Assembly: GCA_963727175.1 (NCBI GenBank)
Contig: CAVSFD010000002.1
Span: 4,620,942 to 4,684,941 of the forward strand
DNA length: 64,000 bases
Direction of reading: 5' to 3'
Source of the DNA: an uncultured Spirochaetota bacterium
GTDB taxonomy: Bacteria; Spirochaetota; UBA4802; UBA5550
Below, one piece after another: positions 8,428 through 17,267 of this stretch. Both the position numbers and the translations under genes were made by a program. The notes under the pieces are model-generated. The model ran no database searches. It worked only from the letters and a program-made list of their open reading frames with translations, and was not told the DNA's origin. Position 1 is the stretch's first letter. Each line of letters begins with the position of its first letter.

Positions 8428-10709
8428 ATGGAATATGATTTCGCGGTAATCGGCAGCGGCTTCGGCGGGAGCGTATCAGCCCTCCGCCTTGCGCAAAAAG
8501 GCTATAAAGTAGTCGTCCTCGAACAGGGTAATCGTGTAACGCCCCTCGACATGGAGGAGGCATCGAAGAGCCTGTTCAAGCTCCTCTGGATGCCATTGCT
8601 GGGAATCAAGGGATTTTTCACTCAACAATTCTTCAAACACCTGAACATAGTCGGCGGCGTCGGCGTGGGGGGCGGCAGCCTCGTATATGCCGCGGTTCTT
8701 CTCAGGCCCAAAGATGACTTTTACAATGACCCGTCATGGAACGGCCTTGGCGTCAGCTGGAAGAAGGAACTGAAGCCCCACTATGACTTGGCATCAAAGA
8801 TGCTCGGCATTCAGAAAAACCCGAACCAGGATATAATGGACGATTATCTGAAAAAGACAGCTAAAAAAATGGGCGCCCTCAAGACCTTCGGGCCGGTCTA
8901 TAACGGCATCTATTTCGGCACACCTGAAGTGACCCGTGACGACCCCTTTTTCGGGGGCATCGGCCCGGCCCGCGACGGATGCCATCTCTGCGGCGAATGC
9001 CTCACCGGGTGCAAGCATGGCTCCAAGAACACCCTGGACAAGAACTATCTCTACCTGGCGGAAAAGCTGGGCGTGACGGTCCTTCCGAACCGGAAAGTCA
9101 TCAACATCATACCCGGGGAAGACGGCATGTACGACCTCAAATCAAGGACCCGACCCGGAAGCTTAAACGATGCCCTGACATCAGGGCGAAAAAAGTGGTC
9201 CTTGCCGCAGGCGTGCTGGGCACACTGGAGCTCCTGTTCCGCTGCAAAAAGATCACCCGGACTCTGCCGAACATATCGGAGGAGCTCGGCACGGTAGTGA
9301 GGACCAACAGCGAAGCCATAGTGGGAGCCCTGTCGCCTGACAAGGACCTGGACATGTCCCGGGGCACCACAATATCCACCGATTTCTACCCGGACCAGCA
9401 CACGCACATAACCCAGAACCGCTTTCCCCGCGGATATAACTTCATGAAATGGTATGCCGGACCGCTGGTCAACGATGACAATCCCCTCAGGCGGAGCATC
9501 AAGACGCTGGGCAGGATCATTACCACTCCCTTGTCAGTATTAAGACACTGGTTCGCGCGGAACTGGAACAAGCGGGTCGTTATCCTGACCGTGATGCAGA
9601 ACCTTGACAACCGCATATCCTTCACCTACGGCAGGAGCATCCTGTCGCTCTTTCTCGGCCGACGTCTCAAGTCGAAGCGCTACCCGGGGAAAGAAGCGCC
9701 CACAAACCTCTTCGTTGCCAACGAAGCGGCCCGCGTCCTTGCGGAGGTGATGGGCGGAACACCCATCAATGTCATCATGGAAAGCCTGATGAACCAGTCC
9801 ACCACGGCCCATATCCTGGGCGGGTGCCACATGGGCACCTCTGCAGTAAACGGCGTCATCAGCACGAACCACGAGGTCTTCAATTATCCGGGCCTGTACG
9901 TGGTGGACGGCGCCGCGGTATCAGCCAACGTGGGCGTGAACCCGAGTCTGACCATAACCGCCATGGCAGAACGCGCCATGAGCCTTATCCCGGAAAAGAA
10001 AAAAGCACCAAAGAATTTTTTAAAAAATAACATAACAATCATGAAAAGGAGTGTATTAATGAATGCATTGAAGAAATTTCTCATAGCTCTTGCGATCATT
10101 GTTGGCCTCACCGTAGCTCTCACCGGCATCAACATCGCCCAGAAAGGATGCGGCGGATATAAGGGACAGACCGTGGAACAGATACTCGGGGTTCCGGCTG
10201 AAAAAGCGACACCGGCGGATATAGAAAAACTTTCACGGGCGCAGGTTGTTCAGCTTTTTTATGCAGCTCCGGCCCCTTTGTATGAAGAAATGAATGGAGA
10301 ACTCAAGGCAGGCATGGCGGGAGGCGGCATCATGGGCCCCGCTTCCAATCTGTATGTGGCCTTTATGTTCGGACCCGGCAAATGGGATGGCAAGGCATTC
10401 TCTCCGAAAGAAGGTTTCGGCTACAACATCTTCAAGACCTCCCAGGATGGGAAAGATGTCATCAAACGCGCCAGAAAGATGAAGACATTCATCGGGAAAT
10501 CCCAGTATGACGACAAGGATTCCTTCCATCTTGATTACAGTTCCTTCAACGGCGGGCTTATCCATTCCATGAGAGATGAAATCAGAAAAATCAATGATAA
10601 GCTCTATATCGGCATGGGCGCCATGGCTCCCAGCGGCGGGATCATTAATCCGATGCCTTTTATACTTTCAGGCGAGCAGGCACCCTGGGTCGGTCCTGAC
10701 GAAAAGTAA
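8428..10709 (+). pseudogene. cholesterol-oxidase-like GMC oxidoreductase, reading frame broken once (~9140-9195); downstream frame runs without a stop into a TM helix plus GXWXG/DUF4334-like domain
   Basis: ORF 8428..9297 carries the N-terminal part (MEYDFAVIGSGFGGSVSALRLAQKG ... CLTGCKHGSKNTLDKNYLYLAEKLG). ORF 8979..10709, in another frame, carries the rest (AKKVVLAAGVLGTLELL ... HILGGCHMG ... YVVDGAAVSANVGVNPSLTITAMAERA). Confidence 0.75.
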
Positions 10710-10721
10710 GCGATCAATATA

Positions 10722-10747
10722 AGCCGCGCCTCTTCGGCGGCGCGGCT
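10722..10747 (+). terminator. GC-rich hairpin after the GMC gene (weak T tract)
   Basis: AGCCGCGCC-tcttcggc-GGCGCGGCT gives a 9-bp stem 13 nt after the stop at 10709. Only a short T run follows, so intrinsic-terminator status is uncertain. Confidence 0.4.
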
Positions 10748-10759
10748 GTTGATACACTC

Positions 10760-10972
10760 ATGAACAAGATACGACTCGCAAAAGGTGAAATCTGCGAAAT
10801 CTGCGGCAGGAATGCGGCCGTGGTATACTGCGACGGTTGCGACAAGCCCCTCTGCGAGGAATGCCGCGTTTTCGACATCTGGTGCAACGGCTGCGGCAGT
10901 GGAGATCCCCATGTATTCTGCAGAACGTGCAATGACGATCCTGAAAAGAACATATGGAAGGGATTATATTGA
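10760..10972 (+). CDS. small Cys-rich zinc-finger protein (five CxxC pairs, B-box-like)
   Basis: The 70 aa contain CEIC, CDGC, CEEC, CNGC and CRTC, a regular CxxC spacing unlikely in a random ORF. No clear SD sequence. Confidence 0.5.
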   Translation: MNKIRLAKGEICEICGRNAAVVYCDGCDKPLCEECRVFDIWCNGCGSGDPHVFCRTCNDDPEKNIWKGLY

Positions 10973-11046
10973 CCGGGGGGACCGATAGTTATCGGTTGTT
11001 GCACCGATGACTATTGATTAGCATTTAGACAATTATACATAAATGC

Positions 11047-11682
11047 CTATTGTGCAGAAATACCAGCGCGAAGCTTTTCAAATAGATCAGCCACCTGCTT
11101 ACGGGTTTCCTCTAACGTACCTGAATTATCAATAACAAACCGTGCCTTGCCCTTTTTATCCTCGATACTCATCTGGGCGGCTATAGTGAGATCGGCAGTA
11201 TGCCGGTCAAGGCGGTCCCTCGCCATGAGTCGCTTGATCTGAATCTGTACCGGCACATAAACAAGTATTGCGTCCGGGAAGAACCTGTCCCATCCAGATT
11301 CATATAAAAGAGGAACATCTATGATTATAGGCATACCGTCATTCATACTGCTATAATGCCCTATCCTCTCCATAACAATCTGATTTATGCGCGGATGTGT
11401 GAAGCCATTGAGCTTATTGCGTTTTTCAGGATCCCGGATAATCTGGTCCCTGACCTTTTCACGGTTCAATGTACCGTCAGGATTAATCACATCCTTCCCG
11501 AAATATTCTTCTATATCGCGCAGCGCCGGCTGACCCGGTTCCACCACTTCACGGGCTATGAGGTCGGTATCAATGATATGGGCGCCCATTTCGGCAAGCA
11601 TCGACGCCACCACCGACTTCCCGGTCGAAATGGCACCGGTAAGGGCGGAACATTTTTTTAGAAAATCTCCGGATCCGGACAT
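11047..11682 (-). CDS. coaE: dephospho-CoA kinase
   Basis: P-loop LTGAISTGKS, then HIIDTDLIAREVVEPGQPALRDIEEYFG, and a length of ~200 aa typical of CoaE. Confidence 0.9.
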   Translation of the reverse strand: MSGSGDFLKKCSALTGAISTGKSVVASMLAEMGAHIIDTDLIAREVVEPGQPALRDIEEYFGKDVINPDGTLNREKVRDQIIRDPEKRNKLNGFTHPRINQIVMERIGHYSSMNDGMPIIIDVPLLYESGWDRFFPDAILVYVPVQIQIKRLMARDRLDRHTADLTIAAQMSIEDKKGKARFVIDNSGTLEETRKQVADLFEKLRAGISAQ

Positions 11683-11710
11683 AGATGATAATCCTCCAGT
11701 GTGGCTGTTC

Positions 11711-12202
11711 CTAGTGTCTCAGAAATTTTTTTTCAATGAAATCGGCAAGCCTATCAATCTCGTCAAGTCCCATACAGGGTACACCAAGATCAAAACTCGT
11801 ATCAGTCACGAGGGCGATCAGATCGCGGCCATCGGTAAATACCGGCGTGGGGTGACTGCCGGCCCGGAATACTTCTATCTTGGGCGCATGCTCCTGTTTA
11901 TAGCCTTCAGTGATCACGATGTCCACATCATCGATATATTTTTCCCGGATTTCATCGAGAGTCGCATCATGGTCCACATCACGGATCATCGCCAGCTGTT
12001 CCGGCGAGGAAAGTATCGTGCATGCGGAACCTGCCTTCCGGTGGCGCCAGGTATCCTTGCCTTCATGATCCATGGAAAAATGATGCACATGCTTCACCGT
12101 GGCAACACGGTAGCCACGCCGGACCAATTCAGGTATTAGCTTCTCAAGAAGCGTGGTCTTCCCGATTCCGGACCAACCTACAAAGGAAACAATTGGGACC
12201 AT
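11711..12202 (-). CDS. mobB: molybdopterin-guanine dinucleotide biosynthesis adapter protein MobB
   Basis: VSFVGWSGIGKTTLLEKLIPELVRRGYRVATVKH is the MobB P-loop signature. I placed the start at ATG 12202 because a perfect AAGGAGG lies 4 nt upstream; the ORF track starts at 12235. Confidence 0.85.
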   Translation of the reverse strand: MVPIVSFVGWSGIGKTTLLEKLIPELVRRGYRVATVKHVHHFSMDHEGKDTWRHRKAGSACTILSSPEQLAMIRDVDHDATLDEIREKYIDDVDIVITEGYKQEHAPKIEVFRAGSHPTPVFTDGRDLIALVTDTSFDLGVPCMGLDEIDRLADFIEKKFLRH

Positions 12203-12421
12203 GAAGCCTCCTTGCGTATCTGGTATCCATGACAAGGTATCATCTTAAAAATTCAATAAAAAAACTTATATTCACCCATGGAAGTTTTCTTTCATTTAGT
12301 AATACTTGCAACCCCAGTGTTTCAAACTAAAAATTATTAAATATAATGAAATAATATTTTAAGAATATCTGGTATATTCGTTTCCCTTACCAATACACCG
12401 GGAAAAGGACGAATCAAAATC

Positions 12422-12856
12422 ATGGAGACAACACTTAATATCCGCTCAGACATCTTAATGCAAATCACTGAAACTGCGAGGATCAGGGGCATAACTCGAT
12501 CAGAGATTATAATAATTCTTTTAAAGAAAGTAATGACTGATACTTCAGCTCCTGATTCTTTGTGGAAAATGGTCAAATACCAGAACAGGATAAAAACCGG
12601 CGGGTGGCATAGATTTCATCTTAACCTGCGCCCTGATGATTATGAATATTTTCTGGATCTCAGGAAATTGCTCAAGATGTCGGTATCCTTAATTCTGTCT
12701 TATGCTGTAGAAAAATATTTGCATAAATTTTTAAGGAAAGAATTCACCGATAACTATCGGTATAAAAACTATGTCATAATTAAAGAGTATATCGATACAA
12801 TCCCCTGTTGGAAGTTAATCTGGGGCTACCCCCCCAACCTGGGAAAACATATCTAA
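12422..12856 (+). CDS. hypothetical protein in AT-rich island (DUF1564-like pattern)
   Basis: 144 aa. The core VKYQNRIKTGGWHRFHLNLRPDDYEYFLDLRKLLKMSVSLILSYAVEKYL resembles, from memory, the Leptospiraceae DUF1564 family. The gene is much more AT-rich than its flanks. Confidence 0.5.
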   Translation: METTLNIRSDILMQITETARIRGITRSEIIIILLKKVMTDTSAPDSLWKMVKYQNRIKTGGWHRFHLNLRPDDYEYFLDLRKLLKMSVSLILSYAVEKYLHKFLRKEFTDNYRYKNYVIIKEYIDTIPCWKLIWGYPPNLGKHI

Positions 12857-13066
12857 TATATATAGAATTAAAACTAATATTGGATTAAAATCAATTATAC
12901 AATTTTGTTATTTACAAATACTGTGTTTTAAGTTTTAATTGATCTGATTTATATTACAAATATCATCCCATATTCTCCGTTAAAAGGGGGTTCGCAAAAA
13001 ACTATTTCAATTTTTAGCAAGTGTAATCTATCTCAATAATTTATTAACCAAACAGATATTAATATC

Positions 13067-15235
13067 ATGAAACTAAAACTATCTACAATTCTTCTCCTCG
13101 TGCTATCCTGCACACCTTTAATAGCGCAAAGATCTCTTATCATACAAGATGACCTGCAGGAATATTATATTTCAGGGCAGACGATATCCTACCTTAAAGA
13201 CATCGAAAAAAAACTGACCATCACACAGGTTTCTTCTCCTGAATATCAGGAAAAATTCAAGAATGATATTAAAGACATCCCGAATTTCGGATACACGCGA
13301 TCCGCATACTGGCTGAAGTTCAACATCAAAGGTGGAGAAAAAAAAGAAAACTGGCTACTGGTTATCAGCTATGCCCTTCTTGACTATATCACGCTCTACA
13401 TCCCGGTCAAGAACGGTTACGAAGAAAAGAGACAGGGACAGCTGCTGCCTTTCAAAGAAAGGGACGTTAAAAATGAAAACTTCGTTTTTAAAATCAACCT
13501 CGTTCCCGGTGAAATCAGCACCTTTTTCCTGAGGATAGAAGCCCAGGACTCCTTCGCCGTTCCCATCAAGCTTGTCACCAGCCAGGCGTTCAGCGAGCAG
13601 TGCTCGATGATCCATCTATTTCTCGGGATTTTTTATGGTTTTATAATAGTAATGATCCTTTACAACCTCTTCATTTTTATTTTGACCAGGGACCTGAGCT
13701 ACCTCTTCCTAATACTCTACCTGGCCGCTTTCGTTGTATATATTACATCTGAGAACGGCATTTCCTATCAATACCTCTGGCCCGAATTTCCCTGGTGGGG
13801 AAAGCGGGCTGTCCCCTTTTCCGTAAGCATGGTAACAATCTGGAGCTCGCTTTTTGCGCGATCATTCCTCCAGACCAGGACCCTGAACCCCAAAATAGAC
13901 AAGGTTATTCTAGGCTTCTGCGCTCTCGGGGTTATCGGACTCGGCCTTGCCCTCGGCGCCGGCTATTTTATAGCCATCATCTATGCCGTGGTCCTCTGCG
14001 TGCTGTACGCGCCGGCGCTTATCATTGGGGCCTTTCTGCAATGGAAAAAGGGATTTCGGCCAGCGCTCTATTTCCTCATCTCGTGGTTCGGCCTCAGCGC
14101 CGGCACCCTGCTCTACGGCTTCAAGACTTTCGGTCTTCTTCCCGAGGTAATGATCACCAAGTACGGGGTACTTCTGGGAGCGGCCTTTCAGTCGATCCTG
14201 CTATCCATTGCGATGGCGGACCGTATCAACGTGATGACTGAATCACTCAGGATTACGAAAAAAAACCTGGAGCAGCGAACCGAGTCCCTCCTCGGGATCT
14301 TTGAAAAAGCGGGAACAATGTCTACGGACCTCCTCGCCGTAAGCACCGAGCACGCGGAAATTGTAGACACCTTCACCCATGTGGCACAGAACCAGGCCTC
14401 CCACGCCGAAGAGATGGCCGCTTCATTTGAAGAGCTCACCTCTTCCACTGATTCAATCGACCAGTCAATGGCGCGGCTCGCCACGGAAGGCGAAAAAATC
14501 CGCGACATGGCCGACATCCTTAACTCCGCCCAGCAGGAAGTGCAGAATACCAGCCAGGCGGTCGTGGGCAGCATGAAAAACATAATCCACTTCACTGAAA
14601 AAACCGACCTTGACCTCACCAAGATGACCGAGATGATGCAGATCATCAATGAAGGCGGACAGTCCATCACCAATATCATTTCCCTGATCAACGACATATC
14701 GGACAAGATCAACCTCCTTTCCCTCAACGCGGCCATCGAGGCGGCGCGGGCCGGCGAGCACGGCAGGGGCTTCGCCGTTGTGGCTGACGAGATCGGCAAG
14801 CTCGCCACGGCCACATCTGACAACTCCAAGCAGATATCCAGCCAGATAGAAAAGATCTCTGTTGACATCCGCCGGGGCATCGAAATCGTGAACCAGACAA
14901 AACTGTCGACCAGCGACGTAGCCAAAATGGTCAATGGTATAAATGTGCAGATTGATACCGTAAAATCGGCAATGGGCAAACAGGAAAGCGCCATAGGGGA
15001 GCTGGTGAACCAGTCTGATATCATCAAGGAACAGTCGCGGGTCATATCCGTCGCGACGGGGGAACAGAAAAACGGCATGATGGAGGGAGCGGCCACGATC
15101 CAGAACCTTGCCAACATGGCCAATGATATCGCGATATCAAACACGAAAATCCTTCACTTCATCAAGGTACTGAAAGATAAAGCCGGCGAACTCAGGGGCA
15201 TAATCCAAAACCTGGACGAACCGGCAGGGCAATGA
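13067..15235 (+). CDS. methyl-accepting chemotaxis protein with 7TMR-DISM (DISMED2 + 7TM) input module
   Basis: It has a signal peptide and an extracellular domain ([15 protein letters not shown]...[14 protein letters not shown]) paralogous to that of the kinase at 27630-30914. Seven hydrophobic helices follow, then the MCP signalling hairpin [30 protein letters not shown]. Confidence 0.9.
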   Translation: MKLKLSTILLLVLSCTPLIAQRSLIIQDDLQEYYISGQTISYLKDIEKKLTITQVSSPEYQEKFKNDIKDIPNFGYTRSAYWLKFNIKGGEKKENWLLVISYALLDYITLYIPVKNGYEEKRQGQLLPFKERDVKNENFVFKINLVPGEISTFFLRIEAQDSFAVPIKLVTSQAFSEQCSMIHLFLGIFYGFIIVMILYNLFIFILTRDLSYLFLILYLAAFVVYITSENGISYQYLWPEFPWWGKRAVPFSVSMVTIWSSLFARSFLQTRTLNPKIDKVILGFCALGVIGLGLALGAGYFIAIIYAVVLCVLYAPALIIGAFLQWKKGFRPALYFLISWFGLSAGTLLYGFKTFGLLPEVMITKYGVLLGAAFQSILLSIAMADRINVMTESLRITKKNLEQRTESLLGIFEKAGTMSTDLLAVSTEHAEIVDTFTHVAQNQASHAEEMAASFEELTSSTDSIDQSMARLATEGEKIRDMADILNSAQQEVQNTSQAVVGSMKNIIHFTEKTDLDLTKMTEMMQIINEGGQSITNIISLINDISDKINLLSLNAAIEAARAGEHGRGFAVVADEIGKLATATSDNSKQISSQIEKISVDIRRGIEIVNQTKLSTSDVAKMVNGINVQIDTVKSAMGKQESAIGELVNQSDIIKEQSRVISVATGEQKNGMMEGAATIQNLANMANDIAISNTKILHFIKVLKDKAGELRGIIQNLDEPAGQ

Positions 15236-15302
15236 CGGAATAAGATACCGTGGTTTTTTGTTATCGATTTTTGAGAGAAATTTTATACGCTTTTCAGATT
15301 TA

Positions 15303-16244
15303 TTAAGATGCGCTATGCCTCGCGAAATCATCGAATGCCTGACGCGTGTCATACCTGCAGGCAAATCCCGTTTCCTGCTTCAATTTCTCTGTTGATGCCA
15401 CCCAGCTGTATCGTATCATTTTCAAGAAAGGGCTCGGAAATTCACTTGCGAATGTCAGCCGGAGCATCCACGCGATAGCATTCAGCACATAAACTATATG
15501 ATACGGCAGCGGCAGCGCCAGGTTCCCGAGAGCTGCCGCCATTTCCCGTATTGTCATGATCCCGTCGCCGGCCGCATTATACGTCCCGGCTTTACCCTTC
15601 TGTAAAAGGACCCACATGATGTCAACAAGGTCGACCTCATGGATGAACTGCATCGGCTCTGTCCTGAAGGGCACCGGGACGATCTTCTTTTTCAAAAAGC
15701 GGGTCAGGGGATTATCAAACCCCGGCCCGACGACGAAGCAGGGCCTCACGATGATATAATTGATTTCCGGATGCCGCAGTCTATACTCGTCGAAGATTCC
15801 CTCGATTATCCTTTTCGACTTGCTGTAGGTGATATCATCATTGCCCCGCAGGGGGCTCTCTTCGGTCAGCGGCCGTTCATTGTCCGGATGAAAACCGTAG
15901 GCCGTGGTTGAACTGGTATAGATGACGCTCTTCACGCCGGTGCGGACACACGAATCCAGGACGGACCGGGTACCGTTGATATTGATGTCCTCCATTAACT
16001 TTTTGTCATGAATCGGCGGAAGGATGAAGGCTGTATGTATGACCGTGTCAATGGAATATTTTTTGATAATGTCATCCACCGGCTGTCGCACGTCCCTTTT
16101 GCAAAAGGATATCTTCTTCCGGGAGAAGCCGGGTTCCTTCACATCCAATCCGATTAACGATTCGACAGCCTTTTTTTCAGAAAGATAACTTATCAATTTT
16201 CTGCCTATATAGCCTGAAGCTCCCGTGATGAGAATACGTTTCAT
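15303..16244 (-). CDS. NAD-dependent epimerase/dehydratase (3-beta-HSD-like extended SDR)
   Basis: MKRILITGASGYIGRKL is a Rossmann motif and YSKSK is the catalytic YxxxK. 313 aa. Confidence 0.85.
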   Translation of the reverse strand: MKRILITGASGYIGRKLISYLSEKKAVESLIGLDVKEPGFSRKKISFCKRDVRQPVDDIIKKYSIDTVIHTAFILPPIHDKKLMEDININGTRSVLDSCVRTGVKSVIYTSSTTAYGFHPDNERPLTEESPLRGNDDITYSKSKRIIEGIFDEYRLRHPEINYIIVRPCFVVGPGFDNPLTRFLKKKIVPVPFRTEPMQFIHEVDLVDIMWVLLQKGKAGTYNAAGDGIMTIREMAAALGNLALPLPYHIVYVLNAIAWMLRLTFASEFPSPFLKMIRYSWVASTEKLKQETGFACRYDTRQAFDDFARHSAS

Positions 16245-16336
16245 GTTACTGTGACCCCGGTTCAGGTATTGAATTTAAGAATGATACTTAGCCGATCAGG
16301 CTGCCGGCAGTGGAAGCACGCGCCGGTTTATCTTTA

Positions 16337-17149
16337 TTAATCAGCACTCCGTAAAACGAAATTCGAGATCGCGTCCACAATGCTCCGCGGCATGAAGCGG
16401 TTCAGGAACAGGTGGACAAATTTGCTCATGAATCCCGGCACAGCCACGGTCTTTCCCTTCACCAGGGCCTCCAGACCCTTGCGGGCGACATCCGCCGGAT
16501 CGCTGAGACCGCTGATGTTATACCACCATACTTTTTTGGGAAAACCGTTTACCGCAAGCAGGGGCGTATTGGTGTATGAAGGGCAGAAAGATGTAATTTT
16601 GACTCCGGTTCCCTTCAATTCCTGGTCGACTGCCTCGGACAGGCTCTGGATGAAGGATTTCGATGCACCATAGACCGCGTGATGGGGACAGGGCTGAAAG
16701 GCGGAAACGGAACTGATATTGAGAATCCTTCCATCGCCCCGCCTGACCATGTCGGGAATAAAGAGACGCATCAGCGCAAGGTACCCGCCAATGTTAACCC
16801 GCACCAGGTTCATCTGGCTTTCCAGGGATGCTTCATGAACATTCCCGTACACCATCATCCCCGCATTGTTGACCAGAACATCTACACGCGGCACATTATC
16901 GGCGATTTTCTTGAATAGATTGCCAGGACCCCGCTCATCTGTAAAATCCTCAAACAGACACCAGATCTGGACAGAGTATTTTTTCTGAAGTTCACGTCCC
17001 CACGCAAGCAGTGCGTCCCGGTCCCCCGGAATCGAATGGAGCACGCAGTGCGAGCCTGCCTGAGCAAAACAGCGGGCCAGCTCCTTGCCGATGCCTGATG
17101 ACGCCCCGGTTATGAGGACATACTTGTCTTTCAGGTTGTATCTTTTCAT
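16337..17149 (-). CDS. classical short-chain dehydrogenase/reductase
   Basis: KYVLITGASSGIGKELA (TGxxxGxG), NNAG, and S...YGASK (YxxxK). I placed the start at ATG 17149; the 383-aa track ORF extends upstream into the thiolase 3' end and is low-complexity there. Confidence 0.85.
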   Translation of the reverse strand: MKRYNLKDKYVLITGASSGIGKELARCFAQAGSHCVLHSIPGDRDALLAWGRELQKKYSVQIWCLFEDFTDERGPGNLFKKIADNVPRVDVLVNNAGMMVYGNVHEASLESQMNLVRVNIGGYLALMRLFIPDMVRRGDGRILNISSVSAFQPCPHHAVYGASKSFIQSLSEAVDQELKGTGVKITSFCPSYTNTPLLAVNGFPKKVWWYNISGLSDPADVARKGLEALVKGKTVAVPGFMSKFVHLFLNRFMPRSIVDAISNFVLRSAD

Positions 17150-17267
17150 GGCGCCTCTCGTGTTACCCCCCACGGGAATTGATACATATATGACTGAATT
17201 CTGTTTTACGATAGTATATGGGTTCATAATCCCAGGGCGGCCTGCCGGCCGCCCTGTCAATATCGCA

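Noticed and set aside
14188-15144. 318-aa minus-strand ORF inside the 7TMR-DISM MCP gene
   Set aside because: It has a Ser/Ile/Met-rich low-complexity translation. This is the typical mirror image of the Ala/Glu/Ile-rich MCP hairpin on the opposite strand. The same applies to 56813..57823 and 57297..57947 inside the second MCP.
15236-15302. Intrinsic terminator between the convergent MCP and epimerase genes
   Set aside because: Only a 4-bp stem (ACGG...CCGT) precedes the T6 run, which is too weak to call.
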